DNA of 64,000 nt from an uncultured Gammaproteobacteria bacterium (GTDB taxonomy: Bacteria; Patescibacteriota; Microgenomatia; CAYGWK01), in assembly GCA_964353785.1 (NCBI GenBank), contig CAYGWK010000002.1, positions 40,293 through 104,292 of the forward strand, in the 5' to 3' direction. The position numbers and the translations under genes were made by a program. Under the pieces are notes generated by a model, which saw only the letters and a list, made by a program, of their open reading frames with translations, was not told where the DNA came from and ran no database searches. Shown piece by piece: positions 29,294 to 39,721 of this stretch. Each line of letters begins with the position of its first letter. Position 1 is the first letter of the stretch.

Positions 29294-29626
29294 TTAGGTA
29301 ACGACAAAAAAGAGGAGGAAAAGAAGAGTAAAGAAAGCTAACCACAAAGTGGTGTAAATAACCAGTTTTAAGGCCTCAAGCGTCTTTTTCTTTTCCCAGA
29401 ATAAAATGAAAGGATAGCCTAAAACTAAAAGAGCAGAAATTATAGCCGAAACAACAAAAAGGACCAAGACCATTGCTGGTCCCAAAGGAGTAAATACTGG
29501 CCCAAACCACTCTTCTCCCCGCCAGAAAAAGAATCCAATTAAAATACAATAAACCACTAAACCTAAGGCTTGTAAAAAGGCAATAAAAGGCAAAGAAAAT
29601 TTTTTCTCTTTAAAGAAATTCTTCAT
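29294..29626 (-). CDS. Three-TM hypothetical membrane protein
   Basis: Hydrophobic ORF. Confidence 0.65.
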   Translation of the reverse strand: MKNFFKEKKFSLPFIAFLQALGLVVYCILIGFFFWRGEEWFGPVFTPLGPAMVLVLFVVSAIISALLVLGYPFILFWEKKKTLEALKLVIYTTLWLAFFTLLFLLFFVVT

Positions 29627-30081
29627 CGCGTGATTAATTTACTGGTGGTCTCGTCCCAACATTCGGGTACCATATCGGTTGGGAAATCATAAGGTTCAAT
29701 TGTCGAACAAGGGATTGTTCCCTGACCATCAAAAACGATTATCCACTTCCCTTTATCATTATATCCCAACCACATCGCTCCACCGATTTCTCCAGCAAAT
29801 TTGACTCCTCCTGAAGCATGGGTACCGGTGTTTTTGCTAATCGTTACCTCAACTTCAGCCAGAGGTTTGCTGTATTTTTGGGCAAAAGCCTCTTTGATTT
29901 GCTCAAGAGCGGATTTTGTTTCTTTTGGTGTTGGAGTAGGCGTTGGTCTTAAGGAAACGGTTGGTGTGGGCATCGGTCCAACCGAAGGCACTTTTGATTT
30001 ATTGGTCCACCAAAAAATCCCACCGACGAAAACCAAAACCGCCAAAATTATGCCAATCAAAAAAACGCTTGTCTTATCCAT
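29623..30081 (-). CDS. Membrane-anchored hypothetical protein
   Basis: TM, PT linker, W.IVFDG...PC..P..C domain. Confidence 0.7.
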   Translation of the reverse strand: MDKTSVFLIGIILAVLVFVGGIFWWTNKSKVPSVGPMPTPTVSLRPTPTPTPKETKSALEQIKEAFAQKYSKPLAEVEVTISKNTGTHASGGVKFAGEIGGAMWLGYNDKGKWIIVFDGQGTIPCSTIEPYDFPTDMVPECWDETTSKLITR

Positions 30082-30109
30082 ATCTTTAGATTATAACATA
30101 ATAACATTT

Positions 30110-31015
30110 TTAATTTTTCTTTGCTGCTCTTAGTTTTGCGCTGTCGGCGCGAGGATTTTGAGAAATTTCTTCTGGGGTTGCCATGACTAGTTTTTTGGTT
30201 AAAATTTCTACTAAACCAGATTTCTGCCACTCCAAAAACTGATGCTTAACAATCCTGTCTTCAAGCGAATGAAAAGAAATGACGACTAACCTACCTCCAG
30301 GTTTCAGCGACTCCAGCGCTTGGGGCAGGGTTTCTTCTAGGGTAGGCAGTTCTTGATTTACTTCCATCCGCAAAGCCCGAAAAATTTTTGAAGCCCAATG
30401 GCCTTTTCTTGAAAAACGATAATCTGGCGGAGTAGCCCGACGAATTAAATCCAAAAGTTCTCCACAAGTTTTAATTTTTTTCTTGTCTCTCTGCTTTATA
30501 ATTTCTCTGGCAATTTTTCCTCCAAATGGTTCCTCGCCTAATTTAAAAAATAATTCTCTTAATTTTTTCTCCGGATAAAAATTGACAACATCATAAGCCT
30601 TAAACTGTTGCGCCGGGTTCATGCGCATATCTAAAGGAGCATCCTGACCTTTTTCTCTTAAAGAAAATCCTCTCTCTGGAGCATCAAGTTGGTGCCAGGA
30701 AACTCCTAAATCAAAAAGAATTCCATCTATGCCAGAGATCCCAAGATTTTGCAGAATATTTTTTAAATTTACAAAATTATCATTAACCAAAATCATCTGA
30801 TCTTTAAATTTTGCCAGCTTATTTTTACTTTCCTTAATCGCCTCTGGGTCGCAATCGATGCCAACAAGTTTTCCGCTGGGACCAATTCTCTCAAGGATTT
30901 TTTCCGCATGTCCTCCACCGCCCAAAGTGCAATCCACAAAAATTTCTCCAGGCGAGGGATTTAAAAATTCAATTGTTTCTTTAGGCAAAACCGGAATATG
31001 GAAGAGAGTATTCAT
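30110..31015 (-). CDS. rsmH: 16S rRNA m4C1402 methyltransferase
   Basis: HIPVL, DCTLGGGGH, SFHSLEDRIVK, SAKLR. Confidence 0.96.
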   Translation of the reverse strand: MNTLFHIPVLPKETIEFLNPSPGEIFVDCTLGGGGHAEKILERIGPSGKLVGIDCDPEAIKESKNKLAKFKDQMILVNDNFVNLKNILQNLGISGIDGILFDLGVSWHQLDAPERGFSLREKGQDAPLDMRMNPAQQFKAYDVVNFYPEKKLRELFFKLGEEPFGGKIAREIIKQRDKKKIKTCGELLDLIRRATPPDYRFSRKGHWASKIFRALRMEVNQELPTLEETLPQALESLKPGGRLVVISFHSLEDRIVKHQFLEWQKSGLVEILTKKLVMATPEEISQNPRADSAKLRAAKKN

Positions 31016-31057
31016 AAAAACTAACCAGATTATATTTTATATGATAAACTAAAAATA

Positions 31058-32209
31058 GTGAAAAGGTTAAACTTTTTAAAGATAAAAAAATCCTTTTCTG
31101 TCCCTGTCGCCTTCGGTCTCCTATCAGCCGTTGCCGTATTCCTTATTTTCGGCTTAAAAACTGAAAAAATTAGTCTTGAACAAAGACTAACCTTAATTTC
31201 TGAAGAATTAAATGTTTTAAAAAACCAGGACCAGTATTTGGAAAATAAAAAACTCGAAGAAGAGATAAAAAATATCCAAAAAACCTACAATCAAGCTGTC
31301 CAAACTTATGAAAAATTATTAGACCTTAAAGGGACTGGCCAGAAAACAGAGAAATTAGATGAATTGTTTGCTGGCGCCTTAAATCTTCTCTCTCAGAAAA
31401 ACTACGCCTCAGCCGAAGCCAAACTTACTGACCTTACCAACCAGATCGAAAAGGAAAGAGAAAGAATTGCTACCTCTTTTAAAATCCCTACCAATGTAAC
31501 CGAAACAAATACTCCTCCTCAGGGAGGATATCAGCGTCAAAAAGTCAAAACCGAGATAGGCGATTTCATGGTTGATATTATTTCGGCTGACCTTAACCTG
31601 ACCCGAGTTATTGTTGATACCGCCTCGGATTCGGACTGTGCTAACGATTGCCCGGTTTTGCCTTTGGCTGACTATGTTTCAAGAAACGGTGCCTTTGCCG
31701 GAGTTAATGGTTCTTATTTTTGTCCAGCGACTTATCCTTCCTGCAACGATAAAAAGAATGCTTTTGATACTCTTTTGATGAACAAAAACAAAAAATATAT
31801 TAATTCTGGCAACAATGTCTACAGCACTGTTCCGGCGGTTATTTTTTATGGTAATACCGCTCGCTTTGTCAGCCAATCTTTAGAATGGGGCAGGGATACA
31901 GGCGTTGATGCTGTTATCGCCAATCACCCTCTTCTTCTCTTAAACAGCCAAATAAAATTCACTGGTGACGGCGAACCAAAGCAAGGCAATAAAGGAAACA
32001 GAAGTTTTATCGGCACAAGAGGAAGCACAGTTTATATCGGCGTAGTTCACAATGCAACCGTGGCCGAATCTGCACGCGCCCTTCAGGCTCTTGGTCTTGA
32101 TAATGCCTTAAATCTTGACGATGGTGGCTCAACCGCTCTTTGGTTTGGGGGCTACAAAGTTGGTCCAGGTCGCAATATCCCCAACGCTGTCTTACTTGTC
32201 AGAAAGTAA
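31058..32209 (+). CDS. Phosphodiester glycosidase (NAGPA-like) with coiled coil
   Basis: GVNGSYF, ALNLDDGGST. Confidence 0.85.
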   Translation: MKRLNFLKIKKSFSVPVAFGLLSAVAVFLIFGLKTEKISLEQRLTLISEELNVLKNQDQYLENKKLEEEIKNIQKTYNQAVQTYEKLLDLKGTGQKTEKLDELFAGALNLLSQKNYASAEAKLTDLTNQIEKERERIATSFKIPTNVTETNTPPQGGYQRQKVKTEIGDFMVDIISADLNLTRVIVDTASDSDCANDCPVLPLADYVSRNGAFAGVNGSYFCPATYPSCNDKKNAFDTLLMNKNKKYINSGNNVYSTVPAVIFYGNTARFVSQSLEWGRDTGVDAVIANHPLLLLNSQIKFTGDGEPKQGNKGNRSFIGTRGSTVYIGVVHNATVAESARALQALGLDNALNLDDGGSTALWFGGYKVGPGRNIPNAVLLVRK

Positions 32210-32956
32210 TTAAACTAGAAGAATAATTATTCCTAAAACTAAACAATATATTCCAAACCAGAAAAATTTGGCAGACTTAAGAATTTTTTCTAAAAGTTTC
32301 AAAGAATAAAATCCGACAATGCCAGCAATGACCATTCCCCAAAGTCCCTGGATTAGTTCGGTTTGAGAATAAACCAGAAGATCGCCTGATTTTAAAACCA
32401 AGGCTCCTAAAATTGCCGGAATAGCCAGATAAAAAGAAAAAACAAAAGCAGTTTCTCTTTCCACCCCCCGCCAAAGACCAGAAACGATAGTTGAACCAGA
32501 ACGAGAAATTCCTGGAAGAATCGCTACTGCCTGGAATATACCTACAAATAGAGCATCCAGCCACTTTAATTGATTAAAGTGCCTATTTGGCTTTTTTACC
32601 CATCTTGCCGAAAATAGTAACCCAGCCGTAAAAAGAAACGCCAGTCCGACTGCTTTAAAAGAGTCAAAAGCCAGTTCTATCTGTTTCTCAAAGAAAAAAC
32701 CGACCAGTCCGGCTGGAATGGTGCCCAAGAACACCAACCACAGAATTTTGGTTGATAAAATCTGCGCTAATCCTTTACGAAAATAAAAAATGATTGCTCC
32801 TAAAGTCCCCATATGAAGAAGAATATCAAATAAAACTGGGGCTTGAGAAAAACCAAAAATTTTCTGTAAAACCACCAGATGACCACTTGAAGAAACTGGC
32901 AGAAATTCGGTTAATCCCTGAACTACCGCCAAAATTATCACCCTTTTAGCATCCAT
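32210..32956 (-). CDS. uppP: Undecaprenyl-diphosphatase
   Basis: QGLTEFLPVSSSGH, PGISRSG. Confidence 0.96.
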   Translation of the reverse strand: MDAKRVIILAVVQGLTEFLPVSSSGHLVVLQKIFGFSQAPVLFDILLHMGTLGAIIFYFRKGLAQILSTKILWLVFLGTIPAGLVGFFFEKQIELAFDSFKAVGLAFLFTAGLLFSARWVKKPNRHFNQLKWLDALFVGIFQAVAILPGISRSGSTIVSGLWRGVERETAFVFSFYLAIPAILGALVLKSGDLLVYSQTELIQGLWGMVIAGIVGFYSLKLLEKILKSAKFFWFGIYCLVLGIIILLV

Positions 32957-32966
32957 TCCTCAATCC

Positions 32967-33650
32967 TCACTTCTTCAATTTATCGTACCAATCGCCAAGA
33001 ATTTTAGCAATAATATCTTTTGCTCCAAGCCCAATTGCCAAACCTATCGCCAAAACGATTGTCCAGGTCAAGCCAGTAAAAAAGGTTTCCACCAGTCCCT
33101 GGGCAATTTTAAGTTCGGAAATGGCCGCAAAAAAGGCAACTATCAAAACAACCCAACGGGAAAGTTTGCCTAATGGCTTGGCTGCCTCGTGGTCAACTGT
33201 GGCCAAGGCTCCTTTAACCAGTCCCTCAACTAAATTGGCGACAAAAAATCCAACAGCCAAAATCAAGGTTGCCGAAACAATATTGGGAATATAGCCAAGA
33301 AATCCGCTCAAGACTACAGAAACAGTGGTTAAGCCCAAAATGTCAACTGCAGCAATAAAGAAAACCAAAACTATAAACCACTTTACAAAAGCGCCAATGA
33401 GTTCAATCGTCGTTAGTTTTATCTCCGCCTTTTTCCAAAAAGCCTCGACTCCTATCTTTCTGACTGCTTCTTGAAAACGAATAAGCGTAAGAACTCTCTC
33501 AACAATTTTTCTGGCCCAATGAGCAACTAAAAGACCAACAATAAAAACAATAAGGGCTCCAAAAAACTTTGGCAAAAAACCAATAAAAGAGGACCAGATT
33601 GGTTGCCAGGCTTCAAGAAGAGCCTGCTGCCAGGTTAGCCAAAAGTTCAT
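32967..33650 (-). CDS. TM-helix repeat / CmpX-like membrane protein
   Basis: Repeated TM helices, AIGLGAKD; SD AAGGAGGTGA. Confidence 0.8.
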   Translation of the reverse strand: MNFWLTWQQALLEAWQPIWSSFIGFLPKFFGALIVFIVGLLVAHWARKIVERVLTLIRFQEAVRKIGVEAFWKKAEIKLTTIELIGAFVKWFIVLVFFIAAVDILGLTTVSVVLSGFLGYIPNIVSATLILAVGFFVANLVEGLVKGALATVDHEAAKPLGKLSRWVVLIVAFFAAISELKIAQGLVETFFTGLTWTIVLAIGLAIGLGAKDIIAKILGDWYDKLKK

Positions 33651-33726
33651 TTTTTCACCTCCTTTCTCTCTAAAGATTACTATTTAATTGTGGAAAATTT
33701 TTCCGTGTTTGTCAAATTTCTCCATA

Positions 33727-33755
33727 AAAATTGTCCCCCAAAAAGGGACAATTTT
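33727..33755 (-). terminator. Hairpin downstream of rnpB
   Basis: AAAATTGTCCC/GGGACAATTTT 11-bp stem. Confidence 0.6.
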
Positions 33756-33757
33756 GT

Positions 33758-34071
33758 GCTTTTGGGAAACCCGTAAGCCAGATTTTGTTTTAGGTAATCA
33801 TCAATCTAGCGCTCTCAAACCTCGACCCTTGGGAAAGCATCCTTTTACCCCGTCAAACGGGGCAAGCGGGTCTTTCGGAGATTGCAGCGGGGAGGGTTGC
33901 CTCGTTTCACTCCCGCCAGAGGCGGGACTCGTCTCTGTGGCCCTATCTTGGTCCCGCCTTTAGGGCGAGACATCCTGGTATTAGTCAGGACACCCTGCTT
34001 TCTGCTGTCTGGACTTTCCTCACTAAAAAATTGAATAATTTTTCAGTGCGATTACCCAGTCTCCCAAAAGC
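33758..34071 (-). ncRNA. rnpB: RNase P RNA (compact)
   Basis: GAGGAAAGTCC, GCCACAGAGACGA, GTGAAAC, AACAAAATCTGGCTTAC; terminal P1 pairing; TTGTAA-17-TATAAT upstream. Confidence 0.95.
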
Positions 34072-34100
34072 AAGAGAATTATAGCAGATTTAAGCAAAAA

Positions 34101-35087
34101 TTACAAGTTTTGGAGGCGTTTTGAAGTAAAAATTTCTGAGGCGGCGACCTGAATAACCAAAACAATAGGAACCGCCAAAATTGCTCCTGTTACACCAGCT
34201 AGTTTAAATCCGATCGCCAAAGATAAAATCGTTACCAACGGATTAAGACCAACAACTTTCTGCATCACTCGGGGAACAATGAGGCTGTTTTCAATTTGTT
34301 GAATTAAAAAATATAAGGCGACAATGGCCACGCCCATAAGAGGGGAAATCGCCAGCCCCGTTAAGACTGCAGGAATAGCAGAGACAACTGGTCCAATATT
34401 GGGAATAATCTCTAAAAGTCCAGCCAAAATTGCCAAAGGCAAGGCAAATTCAATACCCAAAAGCCGAAGTCCAACAAAAGACAAAACTCCCACAATTGTC
34501 ATTAAACTAAGTTCTCCCCTCACCCAACCACCAAGTCTTTTTTCAATCTTATTGATAAACAATTCTGCTTCTTTTTCTTTACCCTCGCCAAAAATAACTA
34601 AAAGATACTGGTTGAGGTTTTTCCGCTCAAGCAAAAGATAAAAAGTAATCACTGCCAAAGCCAAAAGAGCAATTAGATTTGAAAAAAAGCTAATAGTCAA
34701 TTTTAAGATATTGGCTGGAAGAGCCGAAAGATTGGTAAATTGAGTGGCAATTATATTTGGGTCAATTCCAAATCCGCCAAATTGTTTTAAGAAAACGGCT
34801 GTTTTACTGATAAATTCGGCAGTTTGATTAACCAAGGGAGTAATTATGGCGGTCAGTAAAGTCCCAACAGAACCAAAGAAAATTAAATAAATCAAAAGAA
34901 TGGCTAACCAGCGGGGAAGGTGCCACTTTCCAAGTTTATCGACCGCCGGATTTAAGGCAGACATAAAAATTAGAGAAACAAAAAGGGCAACAATAATCTG
35001 GCGGATTTCGAACAAAAGCCAAAGACCGATTAAGAAAAAAACGGTAAAAATTATCGTTCGGTGAGAAATTTCAACTTTTCTCGGCAT
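34101..35087 (-). CDS. AI-2E family transporter
   Basis: IPNIGP, QQIENSLIVPRVM, GAILAVP. Confidence 0.92.
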   Translation of the reverse strand: MPRKVEISHRTIIFTVFFLIGLWLLFEIRQIIVALFVSLIFMSALNPAVDKLGKWHLPRWLAILLIYLIFFGSVGTLLTAIITPLVNQTAEFISKTAVFLKQFGGFGIDPNIIATQFTNLSALPANILKLTISFFSNLIALLALAVITFYLLLERKNLNQYLLVIFGEGKEKEAELFINKIEKRLGGWVRGELSLMTIVGVLSFVGLRLLGIEFALPLAILAGLLEIIPNIGPVVSAIPAVLTGLAISPLMGVAIVALYFLIQQIENSLIVPRVMQKVVGLNPLVTILSLAIGFKLAGVTGAILAVPIVLVIQVAASEIFTSKRLQNL

Positions 35088-36069
35088 CTGAATAGGAATT
35101 ATACCATGCTTTAATTAACTGCTCAACTTTTTTTTGCCAGCCCCGCCGCGTAATATCAAACCGGTGAATTTTTGGGTCTCTACGAAACCAAGTCATTTGC
35201 CTGCGGGCATAAGCATGTTCATCAAACTTCCATTTCTGGACAACTTCAGCCAAAGATTTCTTGTCTTCAAAATACTCTCTCCAAACCCCATATCCCATGG
35301 CCGTCATTGCTGGCAGGTCCCAAGCACACCCTTGTTTTAGGAGTTTTCTCACTTCTTTTTCTGCTCCCATTTTTATCTGCTCGTTTATTCTTTTATCAAT
35401 CCGTTGGTAAAGAGTTTTATATGGCGCCTTTAAACCAATAAATATAGGGTTTAGGGTATAGCGTCTAGGGACTAGGGCTCGTTTTGGAGTTTTACTAGCC
35501 AGTTCTATTGCTCGAATAAGTCGTCTTGGGTTTTTTCGGTCTGAAGCATTCATTGAGGCTGCTTTTTCTGGATCAATTCTGGCCAACATTTCGAAAAGTT
35601 TTTGGACAGACAAATCCTGGAGTTTTTGCCGAAGTTCCCAATCTGGAGGAACGCCTAAAGTCTCAATCCCATCAACTAATCCTTTGATATAAAATCCTGT
35701 TCCGCCCACAATAATCGGCAATTTTTTTCTTTTCCAGATATCAGAAATTACTTTCCAAGCCAAATTTACATAATCTGCCACCGAAAACTCCTGGGCAGGA
35801 GTCACTACATCCAGAAGCCAGGTTCTTATGCCAGCAAACAAATAATAACCAATTTGAAATTTGAAATTTGAAATTTGAAATTGTTTAGGATTTAGGATTT
35901 TGAACTTAGAATTTGCTGGCAGGTCTTTCCCAGTCCCGATATCCATTCCTTTATAAACCTGTCTTGAATCCGCGGAAACTATTTCTCCATTAAATTTCTT
36001 TGCCAAACGAAGTGCTAACGACGTTTTCCCAACGCCTGTTGGTCCGCAGATAACTAAAAGTTTGTTCAT
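35071..36069 (-). CDS. miaA: tRNA dimethylallyltransferase
   Basis: GPTGVGKT, DSRQVY, VGGTGFY, YARRQMTWF. Confidence 0.95.
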   Translation of the reverse strand: MNKLLVICGPTGVGKTSLALRLAKKFNGEIVSADSRQVYKGMDIGTGKDLPANSKFKILNPKQFQISNFKFQIGYYLFAGIRTWLLDVVTPAQEFSVADYVNLAWKVISDIWKRKKLPIIVGGTGFYIKGLVDGIETLGVPPDWELRQKLQDLSVQKLFEMLARIDPEKAASMNASDRKNPRRLIRAIELASKTPKRALVPRRYTLNPIFIGLKAPYKTLYQRIDKRINEQIKMGAEKEVRKLLKQGCAWDLPAMTAMGYGVWREYFEDKKSLAEVVQKWKFDEHAYARRQMTWFRRDPKIHRFDITRRGWQKKVEQLIKAWYNSYSDAEKS

Positions 36070-37100
36070 GATTTTTTGTTTATTAATTCCTCCAAAATCC
36101 TCCATCTTCGTTTTTTCTCCTCTGGAGAAACATCATCTTTTAATTTAAAGGCAACGGTGCCGGGGCGGGGCGAATAGCGGGCAATATAGGCTTTAACAAA
36201 GCCAACTTTTTGACAAAGTTTGACTGTATTTTCAAACTGTTTTTTTGTTTCTCCAGGAAATCCAACAATAATATCGGTTCCAATTTTAATATCGGGAATT
36301 TGTTTTCTAATTTTGGCAGTTAAACTAAGATATTGTTTGGCTGTATAGGGTCGGTTCATCTTTTTTAAGACTTTGTCATCTCCTGACTGAACTGGTAAAT
36401 GAAGATATTTTTCTATTTTAGGCAGTTTAATTGATTGAATTATGTCGTCAGTTAGATCCCAAGGATTGGAAGTTAAAAAAGAAATTTTCTCAAGCCCAGG
36501 AACTTCGTGCAACCTGCCCAAAAGTTTGGCAAACGATGGCTTGTAGGAATTAACATTTTGCCCAATTAAAGTAATTTCTTTGTATCCCTGCTTAACCAAT
36601 TTTTCTACTTCACAGATAATCTCCTCAAAAGGTCTTGATTTTTCCCGACCCCGAGCATAAGGAACAACGCAATAAGAACAAAATTGATTACAACCTTCCA
36701 TTATCGGCACCAAGGCAGTCTTTTTTTCTCCTCTCACCGAAGGTAAATCAAAAGAATAATCTTCCATTCTTAAAAACTCATCAACTCCAGGCAATTTTTT
36801 TCTGAGAGTAGTAATCCCATACCGCAGCATACAACCAGCCAAAACGACCTTTGGTCGTTTAGCGCATAGCGCATAGCGCATAGTAATATTTTTAATTAAG
36901 CCGAACACTCTATTCTCGGCGGATTCGCGAACAGAACAAGTGTTGATTATCACTACATCTGCTTTATCAAGGCTCTGGGCAGGCTGGAAACCTTTTTTCT
37001 GATAAAACCGAGCAATTCTCTCCGAATCCGCCTCATTGGCTTGGCAGCCGAAAGTTTTAATAAACAAAGTTTGTTGCTTCGCAATAAAATATTTCTTCAT
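36066..37100 (-). CDS. miaB: MiaB-like methylthiotransferase (no TRAM domain)
   Basis: TFGCQAN, NTCSVRE, CNQFCSYC radical SAM. Confidence 0.88.
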   Translation of the reverse strand: MKKYFIAKQQTLFIKTFGCQANEADSERIARFYQKKGFQPAQSLDKADVVIINTCSVRESAENRVFGLIKNITMRYALCAKRPKVVLAGCMLRYGITTLRKKLPGVDEFLRMEDYSFDLPSVRGEKKTALVPIMEGCNQFCSYCVVPYARGREKSRPFEEIICEVEKLVKQGYKEITLIGQNVNSYKPSFAKLLGRLHEVPGLEKISFLTSNPWDLTDDIIQSIKLPKIEKYLHLPVQSGDDKVLKKMNRPYTAKQYLSLTAKIRKQIPDIKIGTDIIVGFPGETKKQFENTVKLCQKVGFVKAYIARYSPRPGTVAFKLKDDVSPEEKKRRWRILEELINKKS

Positions 37101-37127
37101 TGCGGATAATTATATCACGGTTTGAGG

Positions 37128-37919
37128 CTAACTGGAAGCCGAAGAATAGCGGGTAAGGGCAAATTTCCAGAATTTTAAAGAGGCAAAAAGAAAAATACCA
37201 GCAATTAGAAACGAAAAAACCACCCATGGCCAAGATAAAAGTCCCATTAAGGCTTTGGCGGGAAAAGTCACCAAAACCGCCACTGGAATAACGACTGTTA
37301 AAACTGTTCGCAAGGGTTCCCGATAAATATCAATTGGTATTCTTCCCATTCCCGCTAAATCTCGGTAAATCCAAAGTATATTATCAACTTCAGTTGTTAA
37401 AACCCCAATTGCTAAAACGGCAATATGGAAAGCCAAGCCAAGAATAAATGAGGAGATTGTCAGCAATAGATAAAGAATCGCTCCTCCTAGGGTTACAGTA
37501 ACATACCCCTTTACCAGAAAAATTATTATATAAATTATTAAAGCAACCAGAGTTAAAAAATCATAAATATCTGTTCTTTCTGAAAGACTCCGAAATAATG
37601 GATTAATCGGCTTAACCAAAACTAAATCGAAACTTCCAGTTACAATTTGCCCTCGGAAATTATAAACTCCTCGAAGGAAAAACTGGAGCGAAATATCAAT
37701 TAAATTAAAGGTTAAAAAGAAAAAGACTGCCTGATAAAGACTATAACCTGCTAAAGTTTTGGTTTTACTAACTAACAAAAATAAAAATCCTAAAAAGAAC
37801 AAAAATCTTAAAACTTTACCGGTAATAGCAAAAACAGTTGTAAACCGATTAGAAAGGTCAATATTAAAGGAATAAGCCGTAAGTTTAAGCCAAACTTTTA
37901 AATATTTTTTAAAATTCAT
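37128..37919 (-). CDS. ABC-2 family permease
   Basis: G.FD..LVKP; paired permease. Confidence 0.85.
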   Translation of the reverse strand: MNFKKYLKVWLKLTAYSFNIDLSNRFTTVFAITGKVLRFLFFLGFLFLLVSKTKTLAGYSLYQAVFFFLTFNLIDISLQFFLRGVYNFRGQIVTGSFDLVLVKPINPLFRSLSERTDIYDFLTLVALIIYIIIFLVKGYVTVTLGGAILYLLLTISSFILGLAFHIAVLAIGVLTTEVDNILWIYRDLAGMGRIPIDIYREPLRTVLTVVIPVAVLVTFPAKALMGLLSWPWVVFSFLIAGIFLFASLKFWKFALTRYSSASS

Positions 37920-37920
37920 T

Positions 37921-38727
37921 TTATCTTCCCCAAGCCGCATAATTTTTAACTCCGAGACGGAACATTAGTTTGACTGACTGATAAAAGACAAAAATCCAGA
38001 AAACAGAAACTGCCAAACCAGATAAAATTTCCCAAGTAGTTACTTTTCCTAAATAGACGTTTAAAGGAAAAAATAAAAGATAGGAAAAAGGCAAGATTCG
38101 TAAAACATTAAAAATACCAACTGGTAAAATGTCCAAAGGAAAAAGACTACCGGCAAAAAATTCAATAATAATAGTGGCTAAAAACCTTGGTGGCCAGACA
38201 TTTTCTGGAGTCCAAAAGGTAAGTGTCGAAAGTAAAAAGGAGAGATAAAAATACAAAATTATTCCTAAAATTATCGCTATCAAAGTAAACATTAAAATCG
38301 TTGGGTCTCTCTGAATGATAACCGGTGGCCGAAGCAAAATAAAAATTAAAGAAACCTCAATCGTTGAGAAAAACAGATTTAAAATTTTATCGGAAACATC
38401 TATGGTAAACCAGCATTTTAAATAGCTTATTGGCCTTAAAAGAGAATTGGAGATATCGCCAGAGGCAATCTCACCAGCCACATCAATACTCCTTGAGGAA
38501 AGAATAAAAGAGCGGATAATTGAAGTTCCTAAAATATAAGTTAAAATTTTTGCTTGGTCGTAACCAAAAACTGTTGTTCCTTGAGGAACAACGGCAAACC
38601 ATAAAAAATATAAAACTAAAAGTTGAATAAAAGCCCGAAATCGCCAAAGCAAAAAATTCAATCGATAGACAAAATATCCCTCAAAAGTAATTTTTAAAAC
38701 TTGAAGATATTTTCTCCAGCTTTTCAT
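37921..38727 (-). CDS. ABC-2 family permease
   Basis: YRLNF, LLRP, G.LFPLD. Confidence 0.85.
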   Translation of the reverse strand: MKSWRKYLQVLKITFEGYFVYRLNFLLWRFRAFIQLLVLYFLWFAVVPQGTTVFGYDQAKILTYILGTSIIRSFILSSRSIDVAGEIASGDISNSLLRPISYLKCWFTIDVSDKILNLFFSTIEVSLIFILLRPPVIIQRDPTILMFTLIAIILGIILYFYLSFLLSTLTFWTPENVWPPRFLATIIIEFFAGSLFPLDILPVGIFNVLRILPFSYLLFFPLNVYLGKVTTWEILSGLAVSVFWIFVFYQSVKLMFRLGVKNYAAWGR

Positions 38728-39707
38728 TATTCTTTCTTGCCGGTAAAAATCTGGCGGATAATGTCTTCTATGGGAATTTCTTCAATATTTAAGTCAGCCA
38801 CGGGGAAATGGTGAAGAAGTTCGGCCGCAGCCGAATTTGAAGCTTCTCTTGAAACCAGAATTCGGGCTTTGGGAAAATCAAGTTCTTTAACTTCCCCGAT
38901 TTCATCAAGTTTTTTAAGGTCAAATTCTTTGGAAAAGACAACTGACAAAACTTTTTGGGGAGCGAATTTCTCGACAATCTCGGATAACTTCCCATCAAAA
39001 ATAATTTTTCCTTTATCAATAATAATAACTCTTTGACAAAGTTCTTTAACATCACCCATATAATGAGAGGTCAAAAGAATAGTTGATTTTTTCTGGCGAT
39101 TATATTCTTTGATAAAATCGCGCATTTTTTTCTGCATCACCACATCAAGGCCAATGGTCGGCTCGTCTAAAAATAAAACTTTGGGAGAGTGTAAAAGAGC
39201 AGCAATCAGTTCGCATTTCATCCGCTGTCCTAAAGAAAGTTTTCTTACCTGAACTTTCAAAATATCTTCAACCTCAAGTAATTTCACTAGCTCGTCTAAA
39301 GTTTTTTTAAATTGCCCCTCTGGAATTTCATAGATTTCTTTATTTAATATAAAAGTTTCCATCGGGGGTAAATCCCACCAAAGTTGGTTTTTTTGACCCA
39401 TCACAAGAGCAATTTGTTTTAAAAACTCTGCCTTTCTATCCCAGGGAGTAAAACCTAAAACAGAAATTTCTCCCAGAGTTGGATAAAGAAGGCCAGAAAG
39501 ACATTTCAAGGTCGTCGTTTTCCCGGCTCCGTTTGGACCAATAAATCCAACCAGTTCTCCTTCCTCTATCTCAAAAGAAATTCCGTCAACCGCCTTGACA
39601 TCCTTATATTTTCTTTTGAATAAAGATTTAATTGAACCAAAAACTCCCGGTTCTTTTTCGTGGACCTGATAATATTTCTTGAGGCGAGAGACCGAAATTG
39701 TGGACAT
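38727..39707 (-). CDS. ABC transporter ATP-binding protein
   Basis: GPNGAGKTT, LSLGQ, LDEPTIGLD. Confidence 0.93.
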   Translation of the reverse strand: MSTISVSRLKKYYQVHEKEPGVFGSIKSLFKRKYKDVKAVDGISFEIEEGELVGFIGPNGAGKTTTLKCLSGLLYPTLGEISVLGFTPWDRKAEFLKQIALVMGQKNQLWWDLPPMETFILNKEIYEIPEGQFKKTLDELVKLLEVEDILKVQVRKLSLGQRMKCELIAALLHSPKVLFLDEPTIGLDVVMQKKMRDFIKEYNRQKKSTILLTSHYMGDVKELCQRVIIIDKGKIIFDGKLSEIVEKFAPQKVLSVVFSKEFDLKKLDEIGEVKELDFPKARILVSREASNSAAAELLHHFPVADLNIEEIPIEDIIRQIFTGKKE

Positions 39708-39721
39708 CAAGAAAAATTATA

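Noticed and set aside
33688-33963. 91-aa ORF on plus strand
   Set aside because: Antisense to RNase P RNA; spurious
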